A stretch of 64,000 bases of DNA from Octopus bimaculoides (GCF_001194135.2 NC_068981.1:159745958-159809957), one strand, 5' to 3'. Numbered from the stretch's first letter, positions 13,355 to 27,448 are shown. Notes: generated by a model from the sequence alone, not told the origin. Numbers and translations are program-made.

Positions 13355-13414
13355 GAAATTATCAAAGGCGCCCGTTACATGAGTCGAAATGCACATTTTT
13401 GGGCAACCTGTCAT
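13355..13414 (-). CDS. Candidate 5' exon MTGCPKMCISTHVTGAFDNF, possibly the start of gene C
   Basis: 60 nt; begins with ATG right after tcgtttcag and ends at donor gtaagt; lies in CpG-retaining unique sequence. Confidence 0.35.
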
Positions 13415-13689
13415 CTGAAACGACCAGGCAAGAAATCACTGAACCTAGAATGAAACTTGTACACGGAAACAAGCTACTGTTATAAGTGTGTAGAGCGTAA
13501 ATCAATAGATAAATTAACGTGGTGTATGTACGAATGGTGAGCTTAATTTAATTGACACACCAGCACAATATACACAAACATTCGTAGACAATATGCGCGC
13601 ACACACTTATATGCTCACAGCCAGTGCAAACACACCAAGTCAATACGCGCGCGCGTTTGTGTGATAGAAGTGCAACGTAAGAAACTTTT

Positions 13690-13850
13690 ATATACATACG
13701 CACAATATATATACACACACACAAATACATACATATACACACACATACATATATATATACACACAGAGATACATATATACACACATACACACACAGATAT
13801 ATATACACACATACACATATATATACACATATACACGCATACATACATAC
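13690..13850. repeat. Compound (AC)/(AT) microsatellite; many similar tracts throughout the window
   Basis: Directly visible. Confidence 0.95.
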
Positions 13851-14289
13851 TCTTCAATATTGGGTTCTATTTCTCCTGTTTGTACCACAATATGCACACA
13901 TACAATTTACATATACTTGTAGGCATGCACTCACATACACACTCGCATGCATTATTTTATTGACCTTGAGTGGACATAACAAAGTCAGTACCAATTTAGG
14001 ATTTAAACCGAGTACAACTAATAAAGTACAGACCTAAATGGAGGAAAACAGCCACTCCTTTATTCCAACATAGCAACGCCACTCCTCTGATATAATACAC
14101 TACATTCAAGTTATTGAGCTATGATATATCAGTAAATAGAATATAATTAATATTGTAACAGATTTAGAAAAAAGTATCAATAAGATCACAAATAATCAAT
14201 GATTTCAATAAGCAACAAGAAAACAAAAACAATATCTTATTATTGGGTAGAAACATTAGAGCATCAGTAAAAAATGACTTGTGATATTT

Positions 14290-15085
14290 GTTCTGATTTT
14301 TTACCTTCTGAATTCAAATCCTGTAGAAGTCAACTTTACCATTCATCCCTCCAGGACCAATAAAATAAAGTACCAGTCAAGTACTGGGGACTGATATCGA
14401 TCCCCAACTCCACTTCAAAACAACTGGCCTTGTACCAAAATCAGAAACTTATCACATTCCAAGTGCAGTTTCTGTCAGAGTCAACTTTGCCTTTCATCCT
14501 TTGAGAGTTGATTGAATAAGTACCAGTTGTGTACTGGAGTTGATGTACTCAACTAGTACCCTCCCCTAAAATTTCAGGGTTTGTGCCTATTGTAGAAAGG
14601 ATCATTATTACTATTATTGAGGCAGCAAGATGACAGAATTGTTAGCACACTGGACAAAATGCTTTGCAGCATTTTGCCCAGCTTTATGTTCTGAGTTCAA
14701 ATTCCACCAAGGTCGACTTTGCCTTTCATCCTTTCGGGGTCAATAAATCAAGTACCAGTGAAACACTGGGGTCAATGTAATCGACTAGTCCCCTCCCCCA
14801 AAATTTCAGGCCTTATGTCTATAGTAGAAAGGATCATAATTATTATTATCATCATCATAAGGGCAGCAAGTTGGTAGAACTGTTAGCATATCAGCCAAAA
14901 TGGCTTAGCAGCATTTCATCTGTCTTTACACTGAGTTCAAATTCCATGAAGTTCAATGTAGCTTTTTGTCTTTACAGAGTTGATGAAATAAGTACCAGTT
15001 GAATATTGGGATGGATGTAATCAACTGGCCCCTGCCCCCCAAATTGCAGGCTTTGTGCTTATAATAGAAAGGATTATTATTATTA
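14290..15085 (+). repeat. Four head-to-tail family 3 SINE copies
   Basis: Repeated ttgcctttcatcc...aagtaccagt...actggggt...ccctcccc...; the last three end in tagaaaggat(c)att(att)n. Confidence 0.8.
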
Positions 15086-15747
15086 TTAGTGTCTGTGTTC
15101 AAATTCAGACATTTTAGCAGATTCCAATGCCTATATCCCTCCCAAATAAATTTCTAGCCTAAGTGTCAAATTTCAAAATATTACCAAGTTGGTAATTTTA
15201 AGGAAAATTTGTCTCAAATAGCTTTTCTGGAAAAAAGTAAACTAACTTTGACCTGCCAACAGGTAACCAAATTCTTCCTCAGAGAACATATAGGACACCT
15301 TGGTTCATGACATAATAGACAGCTCAAACAATTTCCCACTAATAGTCGTTTCATTTCTTTTTTAAACCATAGATGTGTACAGTTGAAAGACTAAAACAAA
15401 AGTGTGATCTGTGAATGCAATACCTGTTGAGAGCACATATAAGCATGTATCAGACTTAACACATCCAACAATGCTGCATTGAGCACTTGTATGTTTTGTA
15501 CCACTGTCATCATCATGTGTCGTATGCTTGCAGTGCATTGACAAAATGAATGGAAAGCATTACACACACACACCACACCCATGCACATAATACAACTATG
15601 CCTGTGCTTTGTCGTTTCCATTAAAGATTTTCATATTTCCTTATTAGTCCTTTGTGTTTAATATAGCACAATAGTGTTCCAAAATCCATTTGACCATTAA
15701 TGTTCCATGACCTTCTCAGCTACAATGATTAGAACAAAATGATTGAG

Positions 15748-16252
15748 CAAGGTGAGGAAACCTACGCCCACAAGCCCATTTTATTTCGCCCACAGGCTGA
15801 TATATGTACAAAATATAGTAAATTTTTCAATTATAAAATTTATACAACATTCGTATGTCTATTTGCAACATAGGTTGCATTTCCACTATGACTTAAAATG
15901 GTTAGACTTGAACAGAAACTCATCCAGCAATTGCCATTTGAATGAAAATTTTTTTTTCACTATAAAACACACATTGCTAGGTTTGTACCAACCCGCTTGA
16001 GGCCCAACTACACTCTAGCTGAAAAATATAGAAGCCTCATAAGTAATATAAATGTCCTAAATTCAGTGGTGGCATTAATGAAGATGTTACATGTTAACTT
16101 AATGTGTTAAATTTACCTTTATTAATGTATATTGAATTATACATAGATATACACAAGATTTACACAGATATAGAAGTTAGAACTTGTGATCCGCCCACGG
16201 AACTTTTGCTTTGTAAATTTTTGCCTGCTGCACTAAAAAGATTCCCCACCTG
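15748..16252. mobile_element. hAT/Charlie-like MITE relic
   Basis: Degenerate termini caaggtgaggaaacctacgccc / aaaaagattccccacctg resemble CAGGGGTGGGxAAC-type hAT ends. Confidence 0.45.
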
Positions 16253-19200
16253 TCATAAATGAACATGGGAATAAGTGTTATAACTGATAAAGTTGTCAAC
16301 ACCAGATTTAAAAGTTAGCACACCAGCTAAATCCAGGATTAATGCTTTTATGCATTAAAACACTATTCAAGCAAGATCCTTTGCAATCTATGACAAAGTA
16401 TGCCAACAAAATGCCATTTATTACCATCACTCTATTCTAACAATGAAGATAAAAAAAAAGGTCCTGAGAACTTAATGTACTAATGGACTTAGGAACACTA
16501 TTACTCCAAACTATACATAAAGGAATAATAAGGAAATTTTATCTTTTAACCTTTACTTGTTTTGCTCATTGGACTGGAGCCATGCTGGGGCACCACCTTG
16601 AAGGGTTTAGTCAAACAAATCAACCCCAGTACTTTCTTATTTTAAAGCCTGGTACTTATTCCATCATTCTCTTCTGCTGAGCTGTGGAGTTATGGGGATG
16701 TAAACAAACCAACAACAGTTGTCAGATGGTAGTAGAGGACAAACACAAAGACACCTGGTGCTTCTTTCAGTTTTTGTCTACCAAATCCACTCACAAGGCT
16801 TTGGTTGGCCCAGGGCTACAGTAGAAGACACTTGCCTATTAAGTTGGAGATCAAAATGAAATACTGTTTTTTCCTTAATTTGTCACTTTCCTTTCTTACT
16901 GATTTTTTGTCTTGGCTTGTTGAAGACAATTCCATCTTCTTCACTTCAAGACAAATTGTTCTTTCATAATTAGATTTATAGTCTCTATCCATCATATTGC
17001 ATTTGTGATTCATTTGATTTAGCCTTTTCAAATGACCTTCTGATTTAGAAATCCTGGCAAGTTTCACCACTCAAAACCGTGTAGAATTGCAGGTAGAAGG
17101 GTTTTTTTTCAATCCAATGATAATTTTAATCATTTTAAGCACAAACACATTGTAATTAATGGGGAAATAAATATATTTATATTTTTTCAAAATTAACAAA
17201 TAGTTAAAATCTCGTTTAATTTTCAACATTTATACTATCCATAAAAAACAAAGAAATTTTAAGAAAACTGACCAGACGTAAAAACACATAGACCAACAAC
17301 AACCATTATCAGTTAAAAACAATTGCAAAACATTTGTTTGATTTATACCTTTGGTGTTTAGAGAAAAACTAGTGAAAATTTCAACAGAGAGCTGACCACA
17401 AGAGAAATAAGGCTCTTTTATCTGCAATATACCTTTAATGCTTGACACCAACAATTATGACTAATTTAAACATCTATTATTCCCACTTAAAACTTTCAAT
17501 TAACAAAATTTTTGTCCACAGAAAATAAACATTCATTACCATCATTGTTTTCAATATCTATATTCCTGTGCTTTGGATCGGATGAAATTTACTGAGATGG
17601 ACTTCCTAAGACCAGATGTCCTTCTCATTGCCAACTCTCACCTATTTACATATGAGGTAATATTTCCTTATGACCAGAGATATTTTTAGGAAAAATTAGA
17701 AGCAAAAGACACCACTTGTATGATGGTGACACATGCTTCCAACTATTACACACTATCAAGGCAAAGAGACAGTAATACGCGCACACACACATATACAATG
17801 AGCTTCTTTCAGTTTCCTGCTTTAGTAGGTATACATTCTTTATCTTAGTATATATAAAAGTGAATGTATGTATGCAAAACAGAGAAAATGAAGAGACAGA
17901 AGGAATACAAAGCTATCCCTTTCACGGAAATTTAAATTATACCGACTACCACAATTTGCCTCCAATTTCATTAAAAAAGCATAAATTTTCAAAAGGTAGT
18001 GAATTATGTTAGAAAGTGATCCAATTTGAAAATTAATATTTTAAGGATAGTCTGTGGATCAATTCTGAGTTGATAATTTAACATAATCTTTAATCCAATT
18101 CTTAGCTTTAAAGATTTAAATTTCAAACTAGTCCAGATTGCAAAAATTATACTCTGCAGCCAAGAAAAGTAGTGCAATCTGTTAACCTTAGATGACCAAC
18201 CTAGTACATATAGACAACATATTAGTAACACAGAAAAACCATTACAAAATATTTGTAGTTGTGATTGCTTTTTGCCTCCTATCATCTAGCCAAACACACA
18301 CACATATATATGCATTTACATTAATGTTTTAAAGGAAGAATACAAACATGTCTTTAAAGGGACACTGTATATGTGTGTAATGTACAGATAGAACAAAATA
18401 TTTACATTATTTGTAAGAACATATTTTTTACATAAACTGCACTTAAAATTAGATAATAAAAACTTCTCATATAAAGCCAACCTATTGTTATTTAAGATTT
18501 TTAATTTTCATTTAAAGAAAATACACATCCTTCTAAATAGAAACCATTTGCTATATTGACATACATAAATGGGCTGTGAGTACCATTACAGAATACAATT
18601 GATTATAACTGTTTTCCCACCACCTAACTCTCTATTTCCTTTCTTGTTCACTACAAAACCAGTAACCTTTCATAGTCAGCAGTCTTTATTATTAATAAAT
18701 TTAATTTTCTATAATCAGAAATAGACCTGCTTGAAAAGATGTGCCCAACAGCAAAATTCCAGCTACAAGTTACATAGGTACAAAATTGTAGTCAGTTTAC
18801 AATTTGGAGTATGTATTCATACATTGACTATATATATATATTCTCCCCACCACACTAACCTTATGAGGACGGTTGTTAGAAACAAGTATTTTGAAAGAAC
18901 AGCTGAACCCAGCTTAGGGTAAATGATTGTCTAGTAATGGATAGGTTTATGCAGGTTGTACCTCGGAAAAATTTCCAAAAACAGTACTGAATAGGAAGAT
19001 GTCCCAATTTCTTATACTTATAAAGCAGGAGTTACTTTCATTTAACGTTCAATTTTCTATGAATGATTGGGTCATATAGAATTTGATGAGGCAGATTTTC
19101 AACAGTCGGATACCTCTCCTGTCACCAACCTTCATCTGTTTCCAAGTAAAGTAATATTGCCTCAAGGCTAGATATGTTTTTCATGGAAGACACCACTTGT

Positions 19201-19273
19201 ACGACAATGATGCTAATTTACAACCATCAAAGACTATCAAGGCAAGAGTGTATATAAACACACACACACATAG

Positions 19274-20858
19274 CCTCTGTACTTAGCTTTTGTTGACTAG
19301 GAGAAAGCCTTTGACAGGGTCTCCCAATCCTTTATCTGGTGGTCAATGCGGAAACTAGGGATAGATTGGTGAGAGCTGTACAAGCCATGTAGTGGGATGC
19401 TACCAGTAAGGAGAGGGTTACCAATGAGTACAGTGAAGAATTCAGGGTACAAGTAAAGGTTCACCAAGGATTGGTCCTCAGCCCCCTCTTGTTCATCATA
19501 GTCCTGCATGCAATAAAAGAGGAATTTAAGACAGGCTGCTCCTGGGAGCTCCTCTATAGCTGAATTACTACCAGAACTAGAGAAGTTTCAGGTATGAAAG
19601 CAGGGTCTAGAATCAAAGGGCCTTAGAGTTAACCTAGCAAAATTCAAAGTCTTAGTAAGTAGGAAGGCAGGATCACAAATCCCTTCAGGCAGACGGCCCT
19701 GCTCGATCTGTAGAAAAGCTGTAGGTAGAAACTCCATAAGATGTACTTGGTGTAAGTTATGGACACATAAGAGATGCAGCAATATCAGAGGAAGGTTAAC
19801 AGAGAAAATAGCTTTTGTGTGTGGAGGATGCACAGGTACAATAAACATTGAAATGTACAGAAAATAGACTCCATCAACTGCCAGTGGGATAAGCTAGAAT
19901 AGATATCTTCTGTTATCTAGGTGACCAAGTTAGTAGTGGAGGTGTATGCTCTGAGAGCGTAGCTGTGAGAATAAGATTAGGCTGGGCAAAGTTCAGAGAG
20001 CTCCTACCTCTGCTGGCAACAAAGGGCCTCTCCCTCAGAGTGAAAGGCAGATTGTATGATGCCTGTGTGCAAACAGCTATAACAGTTGAGAACATGCGTA
20101 GGCTTGAAAGAAATGAAGCCAGTATGCTTCACTGGATGTGCAATGTCAGTGCGCATGCTCAACAGAGTGTAAGCATCTTGAGAAAAAAGTTGGGCACAAG
20201 GCATCAGACAACTGCGCTGGTATGGTCATGTGATGCGTATAGACGAGGACAGCTTTGTAAAGAAGTGCCAATCTCTAAATGTGGAGGGAACCTGTGGTAG
20301 AGGTAGACCCAGGAAGACATGGGACGGGGTGGTGAAGTATAATCTTGAAAGTTTGGGCCTCAAAGAGGCAATGACTAATGACCGAGACCTTTGGCAATAT
20401 GCTGTACTTGAGAAGACCTGTCAAGCCAAGTGAGATCATAGTGGTGGCTGATGTTGGTGTCACATAACTGGCACATAAAAAGTAGCTTTTGAGCATTGGG
20501 CCTCATTGAGGCTAAGTGGTTGATACCAGTGGCATGTGAAAAGCTCCTTTCAAGTGTTGGGCCTCACAGAGGCAATAACAGAGACCTTTGGTATTATGTC
20601 ATGTTTGAAAAGAAGACCCATCAAGCCAAGTAAAATCACGGTCATGGCAGATACTGGTGTCACACAAATGGCACCCATGTCAGTGGCACATAAAAGCACC
20701 CATTACATACTCGGGGTGGTTGGCGTTAGGAAGGGCATCCATCCATAGAAACCATACCAAATCAGACTGGAGCCAGGTGCAGCCTTCCAGCTTGCCTGCC
20801 CTGGTCAAACCGTCCAACCCATGCGAGCATGGACAACAGACATTTGATGATGACGATG
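19274..20858 (+). mobile_element. 5'-truncated RTE-clade LINE (RT C-terminal half plus 3' tail ending in (gat)n)
   Basis: LYLAFVD*EKAFDRV, RIRLGWAKFRELLPLLATKGLSLRVKGRLYDACV, GRGRPRKTWDGVV; contains stops and frameshifts. Confidence 0.92.
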
Positions 20859-23800
20859 TACACATATTCATATATGACAAGCTTCTTTTCAGTTTCTGAC
20901 TACTAAATCCACTCACAAGACTCTGGTGAGCCCAGGGCTATAGTAGAAGATACTTGCCCAAGGTACCATGAAGTAGGACTGAACCCAAGACCATGTGGTT
21001 GGAAAGTAAGCTTAATTGCACAGTCATGCCTGCACCTATTTCCCATTAAATACTTTCAACCATGGAAGAAGGTGGTTTGACAGATCTCACTGCATAGGTT
21101 TGCCGTATTCTGGTTAGTATTGTGATCAGCTGAGGCATATGTTTCAGTGAAGCGAATTTTACATATGATGTAAACTGCAGTCATTAAGATTATCACTAAA
21201 GAGTTTGGGTTCTGCATCTTTACTTTCCCTAGCAAGTGTCCTTTTGTATCTAACATGAGGTACACAGTACACCAATTTAATATACAATTATAAGAGAGGC
21301 AGGCTCTGTACAAACTCACACAAAACCAATTTTCTGTGCGGATTAAATAACAACACTTTTTATTTATCGAAGTTCTGTGGCAATGAAGTCAGGCTAATGG
21401 AACAGGGAAAGAGTTTCGCTGACAGTTCTTAGGTCAAGCTTTGCACATGAGCAACATGTTATTGAATACTGATGTTGTTCTTGATGGGAAGGTCTATCAT
21501 ATACACACACACAATATATTATATACCACCACCTCCCCATATAAAATATAAAATATATAGAATATATATTCTCTTTCATTATAGTTGATGTAAATGTTGG
21601 TTGGTTGATTTCTCCAGTCACCACTTTACATTATAAAGAGGAGGAAAGAGACTAAAAGAGAGAGAGAGACAGAGAGTAAATATGAAAGGGGCAGGATGAG
21701 TGCACATACTAGGCTTGGTGACAGGCAATGAGTAAATAAATACTCTCCACACACACAGTTGGAGAGAAAGAATCAAGACAGATGAGAAGGAGAAGGAGGG
21801 AAGTAAATCACAGCACAATTAAGGGAGGAGTTAAATGAAAAATTTGTTTTATTTCATTTTAAGGTAATAAATATTTTTCTTTTGAAAATTAGTATTCATT
21901 TCATCATTTTGTACAAACACCAAGAAATTTGATAAGTTAATTTCTCATCATTGCATGTATACCATATTTCCTGATATGACCCATGGCAGCAAAAGTATAT
22001 TATTCATCATATGACAAGTAACACTTTAGTGTGTGTGTGTATGAAATATACATTACTCATGTGTGTTACATTACATTGAGTTGTTTCTGGAAGCTTGTTG
22101 AAGACAAACATCACTAACAAGATTGTTTAGAAACAAATCTGTCCAGATTTGTAAATAATGTATTTCTTACATATACACTGTGATGTGTAGACTTTTTCAA
22201 ATATTTAATTTGCATATTTTTCATATAGATGCATATTGTAACTTTGTTGCATATGTTTCATGTAGAAGTTTATCATAAATTTAAATACACAGTGGGATTG
22301 TTTTATACGCCACTAGTATTTAAAATACTATTTATATACAAGTATCATCATTATTTTACATCTGCTTTACATACTGGAAGGGGTTGGATGGGTTGCCAAG
22401 TCTTTATATGGAGTTATGGCCCATTCAGATGGATCAGAGGGACAAATCTCACATACATTTCATTTTCCGCAAGTTTTCTATGGCTGGATTCCCTTTCTCA
22501 AGCCAATTATTCTCGAGTTCATTTTATCATAGCACCAGCCATGTCCTTGGTAAAATTAAAGAATCCTTTCTCAGTAGAATTGGTCGCCAATGAGTTTACA
22601 GAATGTACTGGGTGCATTTTATCATGGCACCTTGTCCTAAGCAAGACTAAAGAGTCCTCTCTGCTCTGTTTCAATTCATTTATGGCAAACATAAAGAACT
22701 TAAACAGAAGACAGGAAGAACCAAGAAAAAAGAAGGCATGTATGAATATAATGGAAGGAAAAATGATAACAGCAGAGAAAAAAAAGACAGTGATATGCAG
22801 CTACATGCTGCTTGTTGTTAAGGAGACTAAATAGAAAACAACATGAGTGACATGATGTGGAAGAGACAGTGACGGGAGGAGTCATGGAAGTGAGGGACAA
22901 GGGTGCTTGTCAACAATGAGTGATAGAAGTAGGCAGTAATGTGTGAGATAGAAAAGAATAACAATAAAAATAAGTGGTGGTAAGAAAGAGTGAGGGATGG
23001 ATAGTGACAGAGATCAATGATGCTAAGAGAGAATGGTGGATGTCAAAAGAGTGCATGGGGAGCAGAGAGATGACAAGCAGTAGAGAAGGGTAAAAGCAAG
23101 ACGATTAAATCAATAACTTAATTGAACTTTTCTTACCCTCACATTAAAAATATAATATGCAAGCATGGATGTCCAGTTAAGAAGGCTGTATTGTAACCAC
23201 ATGGTTGCAAAGTTTCATTTTATGGCACCTTGGGCAAGTGATTTCTACTATAGCCTTCAATACCTTGCACATGAATTTCATAAATGAATGGAAGCTCCTT
23301 ATATATATGTGTGTGAGTGAGTGAAAGTACACATGCATATATGTGACCAATGTGAACAAATTATTGGACATTTCACAGTGTCACTTGTCACCAGCTGAGT
23401 GAAACGGTGGTGTTTACATTCCTTGTTGCACTGTGCTTTCAAAGACCTGTGAAATAAAAAATAAACCCAAAACGTACTCACAGATGTGCACATCAAGTTC
23501 CTGTTATCACTGATAATCCTAGAATCTATGAGTAACAATGATCATGTTATGCAATGGTCCCCTGTCATCCCCTCTGCGAGATCGTTGCTAGTGCTGCTGG
23601 ACTGGCTCCTGTGCAGGTGGTACATAAAATACACCATTTTGAGCATAGCTGTTGCCAGAACCGCCTGACTGGCCTTCATGCCGGTGGCACGTAAAAGCAC
23701 CCACTACACTCTCGGAGTGGTTGGCGTTAGGAAGGGCATCCAGCTGTAGAAACTCTGCCACATCAGATTGGAGCCTGGTGTAGCCATCTGGTTCACCAGT

Positions 23801-24587
23801 CCTCAGTCAAATCGTCCAATCCATGCTAGCATGGAAAGCGGATGTTAAACGATGATGATGATCATCATCATCCAATGTTAATTATTCATTTATTAAAGAA
23901 TTAGGACTTATAATAGAACCTAATTCTATTTCCAACAGTGAATTCTTGAATTTAAATAGCCACATCGATAAAGTTGTACTTAGAAATACATTATTTCTTT
24001 GCATCAAACTGAAAATAGCTAATTTAACTAGAAAAGTATTTGCTGCAGCAAAACATTTGTAAATCATCATCATTTAACATTCATGTCCTATGCTAGCATG
24101 GGTTGGACAAATATAATATATATTGATGTAAAAATGAATAATGTGTTGGTGTCACTTTCTTCTGCCTGTTCATTCCTCCATTCATTTCTCCAATCACATT
24201 CACAAGTGCTTTAACTCATACCCATACTAACTTCTCTTAGCTTAGCATCCCCTGTTTCTTTTGGACACTACACTTTACTCCCCCCACCCTTCCCAACTTC
24301 TACTAATGGCATTACCTTGTTGTCTCAGTGTACTAGTAAAAATGAAGGTCTGCAAAAAAATTTCATCATAACCCAAGCAACATAACTCTTTTACCTACTA
24401 AGTCCACTAGTAGATGCATCAGCCCTTAATTTAGAAATGAAGGTCATGTACATAATATGCAGTCTATGCATATATCCAGTGACCAGAAACCACCAATTGA
24501 AATGCTATGTCAATTTATAATTTAAAAAAGTGTTCCATTTCCAGATATCTTATTTTTTCCCTTATAAAAAATAAGTCATCATCATCA

Positions 24588-25180
24588 TTTAACATCCATT
24601 GTCCATGCTGGCATGGGCTGGACAGTTTGGCCAGATCTAGCAAGCCAGGAGCTACACCAGATCCCAGTCTGATTTGGCATGGTTTCTAGTGCTGGATGCC
24701 CTTCGTAATGTCAACCACTTTACAGAGTGCGTTGGGTGCATTTACATGGCACCACACAGACACTTTTATGAGGCACTGCTATGAGTGCTTTTCACCACCA
24801 GAGGGACCAGTCTCAACGCTTCTGTTGTGGAATACGGGTCTTCTTGAGTACAAGGTGCCAAGGTTCTCAGTCCTCTGTCATCTCACCTGAAAGGTTCAAC
24901 ATCCTGAGGTCATCGTTCAGTACTTCATCCTACATCTTCCCGAGTCTCCCACTTCCATGTGTTCTATCTACTTTGAGAGACTGGTACCCATCTGAATCAC
25001 AAGACCAAACCAGCATAGTCTTCTCTCTTGTACACAGCAACTAACTCCTCATGCCTAACTTCTCTCTCAAAACACTAGCACTCTGTCAAACATGTGCACT
25101 TACATTACACATCCAGTGGAGCATACTAGCCTCATTCCTTTTTAACGTTCGCATGTCCTCTGCATTCAGGGCCCACATCT
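24588..25180 (-). mobile_element. RTE LINE 3' fragment with tail
   Basis: Reverse complement of the same RT end and tail as 20200-20860. Confidence 0.7.
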
Positions 25181-25341
25181 CACACGTTTCTATTTTACCC
25201 AATGTTACAATAATGTAAAATACCTTACATTAATACTTGGGAACAAAAAATGATAAATTGTCACAAGTTTTTAAATTAACAACAGGGGCAGTGGAAGCCA
25301 AAGAGAATGAGGGTTACTAACAAAACCCCACTTCAAAATAT

Positions 25342-25382
25342 TGTTGAATGGGGGTTTTGTTCAACAAAACCCCCATTCAACA
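25342..25382. repeat. Perfect 20-bp palindrome with a 1-nt spacer
   Basis: tgttgaatgggggttttgtt-c-aacaaaacccccattcaaca. Confidence 0.95.
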
Positions 25383-27448
25383 GTGGGGGGTTTCAACAAA
25401 ACTTTGAGCAGTCAAAAAGAGAGAAACTTGTTGATCCAACAAAGACAATGAATAAAAGGCAGCGAGAATTGAATATAGTAGATGGCAGCAAAAATATACA
25501 TGCACTTTGTAACCTTCACTGAAATTTCAGTTACTGCTTTCAGAGTAACACTCATAACACCAATCAATTCAGTCATGTCTTATATTGGACAGTCAATCAT
25601 AATCAAAACCTGCCAGTCTACCAAGTTTGTGATTATTTCATTTATAGTGACCAAGCAATTGTGTATGTGCATATAGTCATGTTCAAAAGATATTTATTAC
25701 TATCTAGTACAAGAGTAAAGAAACAAACAAGTCCATAACCTGTTTAGGATCACCCATATTGATAGAATCGATACAGCTCAACTTGAACTTGTGCAGGTTG
25801 CAGCTGGCTGTAATATTAGCAGGAAGTTTCACAGAATTACTGATCTGAAGATGAAAGATTGGCAAAGCTATTTAGTATGCCCCTTGGTGAGTGAAAACAA
25901 AATAGGAATGACAAGATGTGAAGGGTTCAAGTATAGGATGAACTTAGATCACTACTTCAGAGGATCAGTAGCCTTTCTGGCAGTGTGCTGGTGAGTGAGG
26001 GTTTTGCCATCCAGTCAGATGATCCATTATTGAACAAGATCTAGAATGTGCATGTATATATATATATAAATAGTAGATCCACCACCCAGATATGTAAACA
26101 ATACCATGCAAATAGCATTTTGATCTTTGTTTAGTCAACAACAGTTTACAATTACTTAAGTATTTTCTAGCACTTTAAAATTTAAACCTAGCCCCTGGGA
26201 ATTGTTCTGCTTATGTTATAAATGTCTTATTTGATTTAGAGCTTTAACATATAGATTTCAAAAATTTAGACATTTTCAAAAAAATGCAGAATTTTTTTAA
26301 ATTATTGGAAACTGTTAAACATTATTCAGCAAATTTGAGGAATGTCATTTATGTGTAAAAAATTATGATTATGCTAATGTTGGATGTTAAAACATTTTTA
26401 GAATGTTGGTGTCACGTAAAAAGCACTGGTGCAGTTGCCATGTAAAAAGCACCTAGTACAGTCTGTAAAGCAGTTGGCATTAGGAAGGGCATCCTGCCAT
26501 AGAAACCAAGCCAAAACAGACTGTGGAACCTGGTTCACCTCCTGTCAAACCATATAACCCATGCCAGCATGGAAAACAGACAAGTGATGATGATGGCAGC
26601 AAAAAGGAGAAAGTCAATGGAAAGCAAGCTCTGAAGAATTACAATGGACATATCTTGAGATCTGGAAGACTATAAAAATCTTTATATCTATCTAAGACAT
26701 AAACACATAATCAATAGCATTGTCCAAACACTGGTCCATTTTTTGGACCTTTCTCTCTGTCTTCTACAACCTGTAAACTAATAACTGTGTCATACCCACA
26801 TATATTCACTTTGTGTAACCATCTCTTTTACTATCATTAATTTATTAAGTTTCACTTCACAAGCTCCATGTTAAATACTTCATTCACATCCTTCTTAAAA
26901 CTGCATCTCATCTAGCTACTGATTTCCCTTCAATGACCAGCCTACATCAACTGTAATTCTACATCTAATGAACTAATCTCACTATTAAGTTATCCTCATC
27001 ATTAAGTCTTTGAGATCCTAAAAAGGACACAGGTATTGACATCTTTTCCTGTTTTTTTTTTTTATTATTAATTTTTACTGTTTTAAATCTGAATCCCCAT
27101 GCTAACAGAAATAATGGTTTTGTGAAATTAGATATTTTCCTCTTGTTTAAGCAATTCTTTTTACAAATGTCTGGTGTTAAACATTTAGCTATGACTTAGG
27201 AGTAACTGAGTCTAATTTGGATTAGGGTCAAACACAGTGGTCATAGCAAAATTTAAACTCATGACCATGTAGTTTGTAGCCCATGATCAACCTCACAGCT
27301 ATTGTGCCCCCAAAAGAGACAAAAATCAATGCCTGTATTAAAATACTGATGACCACTCAAGTTAAAATTAGGGAACATTTAACTTAAATTTATGCCTTTA
27401 GAGTCGTCATTTCTAGTTTTCCTCTAAAATGTTTAAAACATTGAAGTA

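Noticed and set aside
13548-13963. ORFs rich in CVYI/HTHI, also at 5725, 42761, 58811-59235 and 60386-60674
   Set aside because: Translations of (AC)/(AT) microsatellites
22229-22834. Longest gap-free ORF (201 aa, plus strand)
   Set aside because: It crosses decayed family 1 repeat fragments and low-complexity DNA, with no motif or splice support
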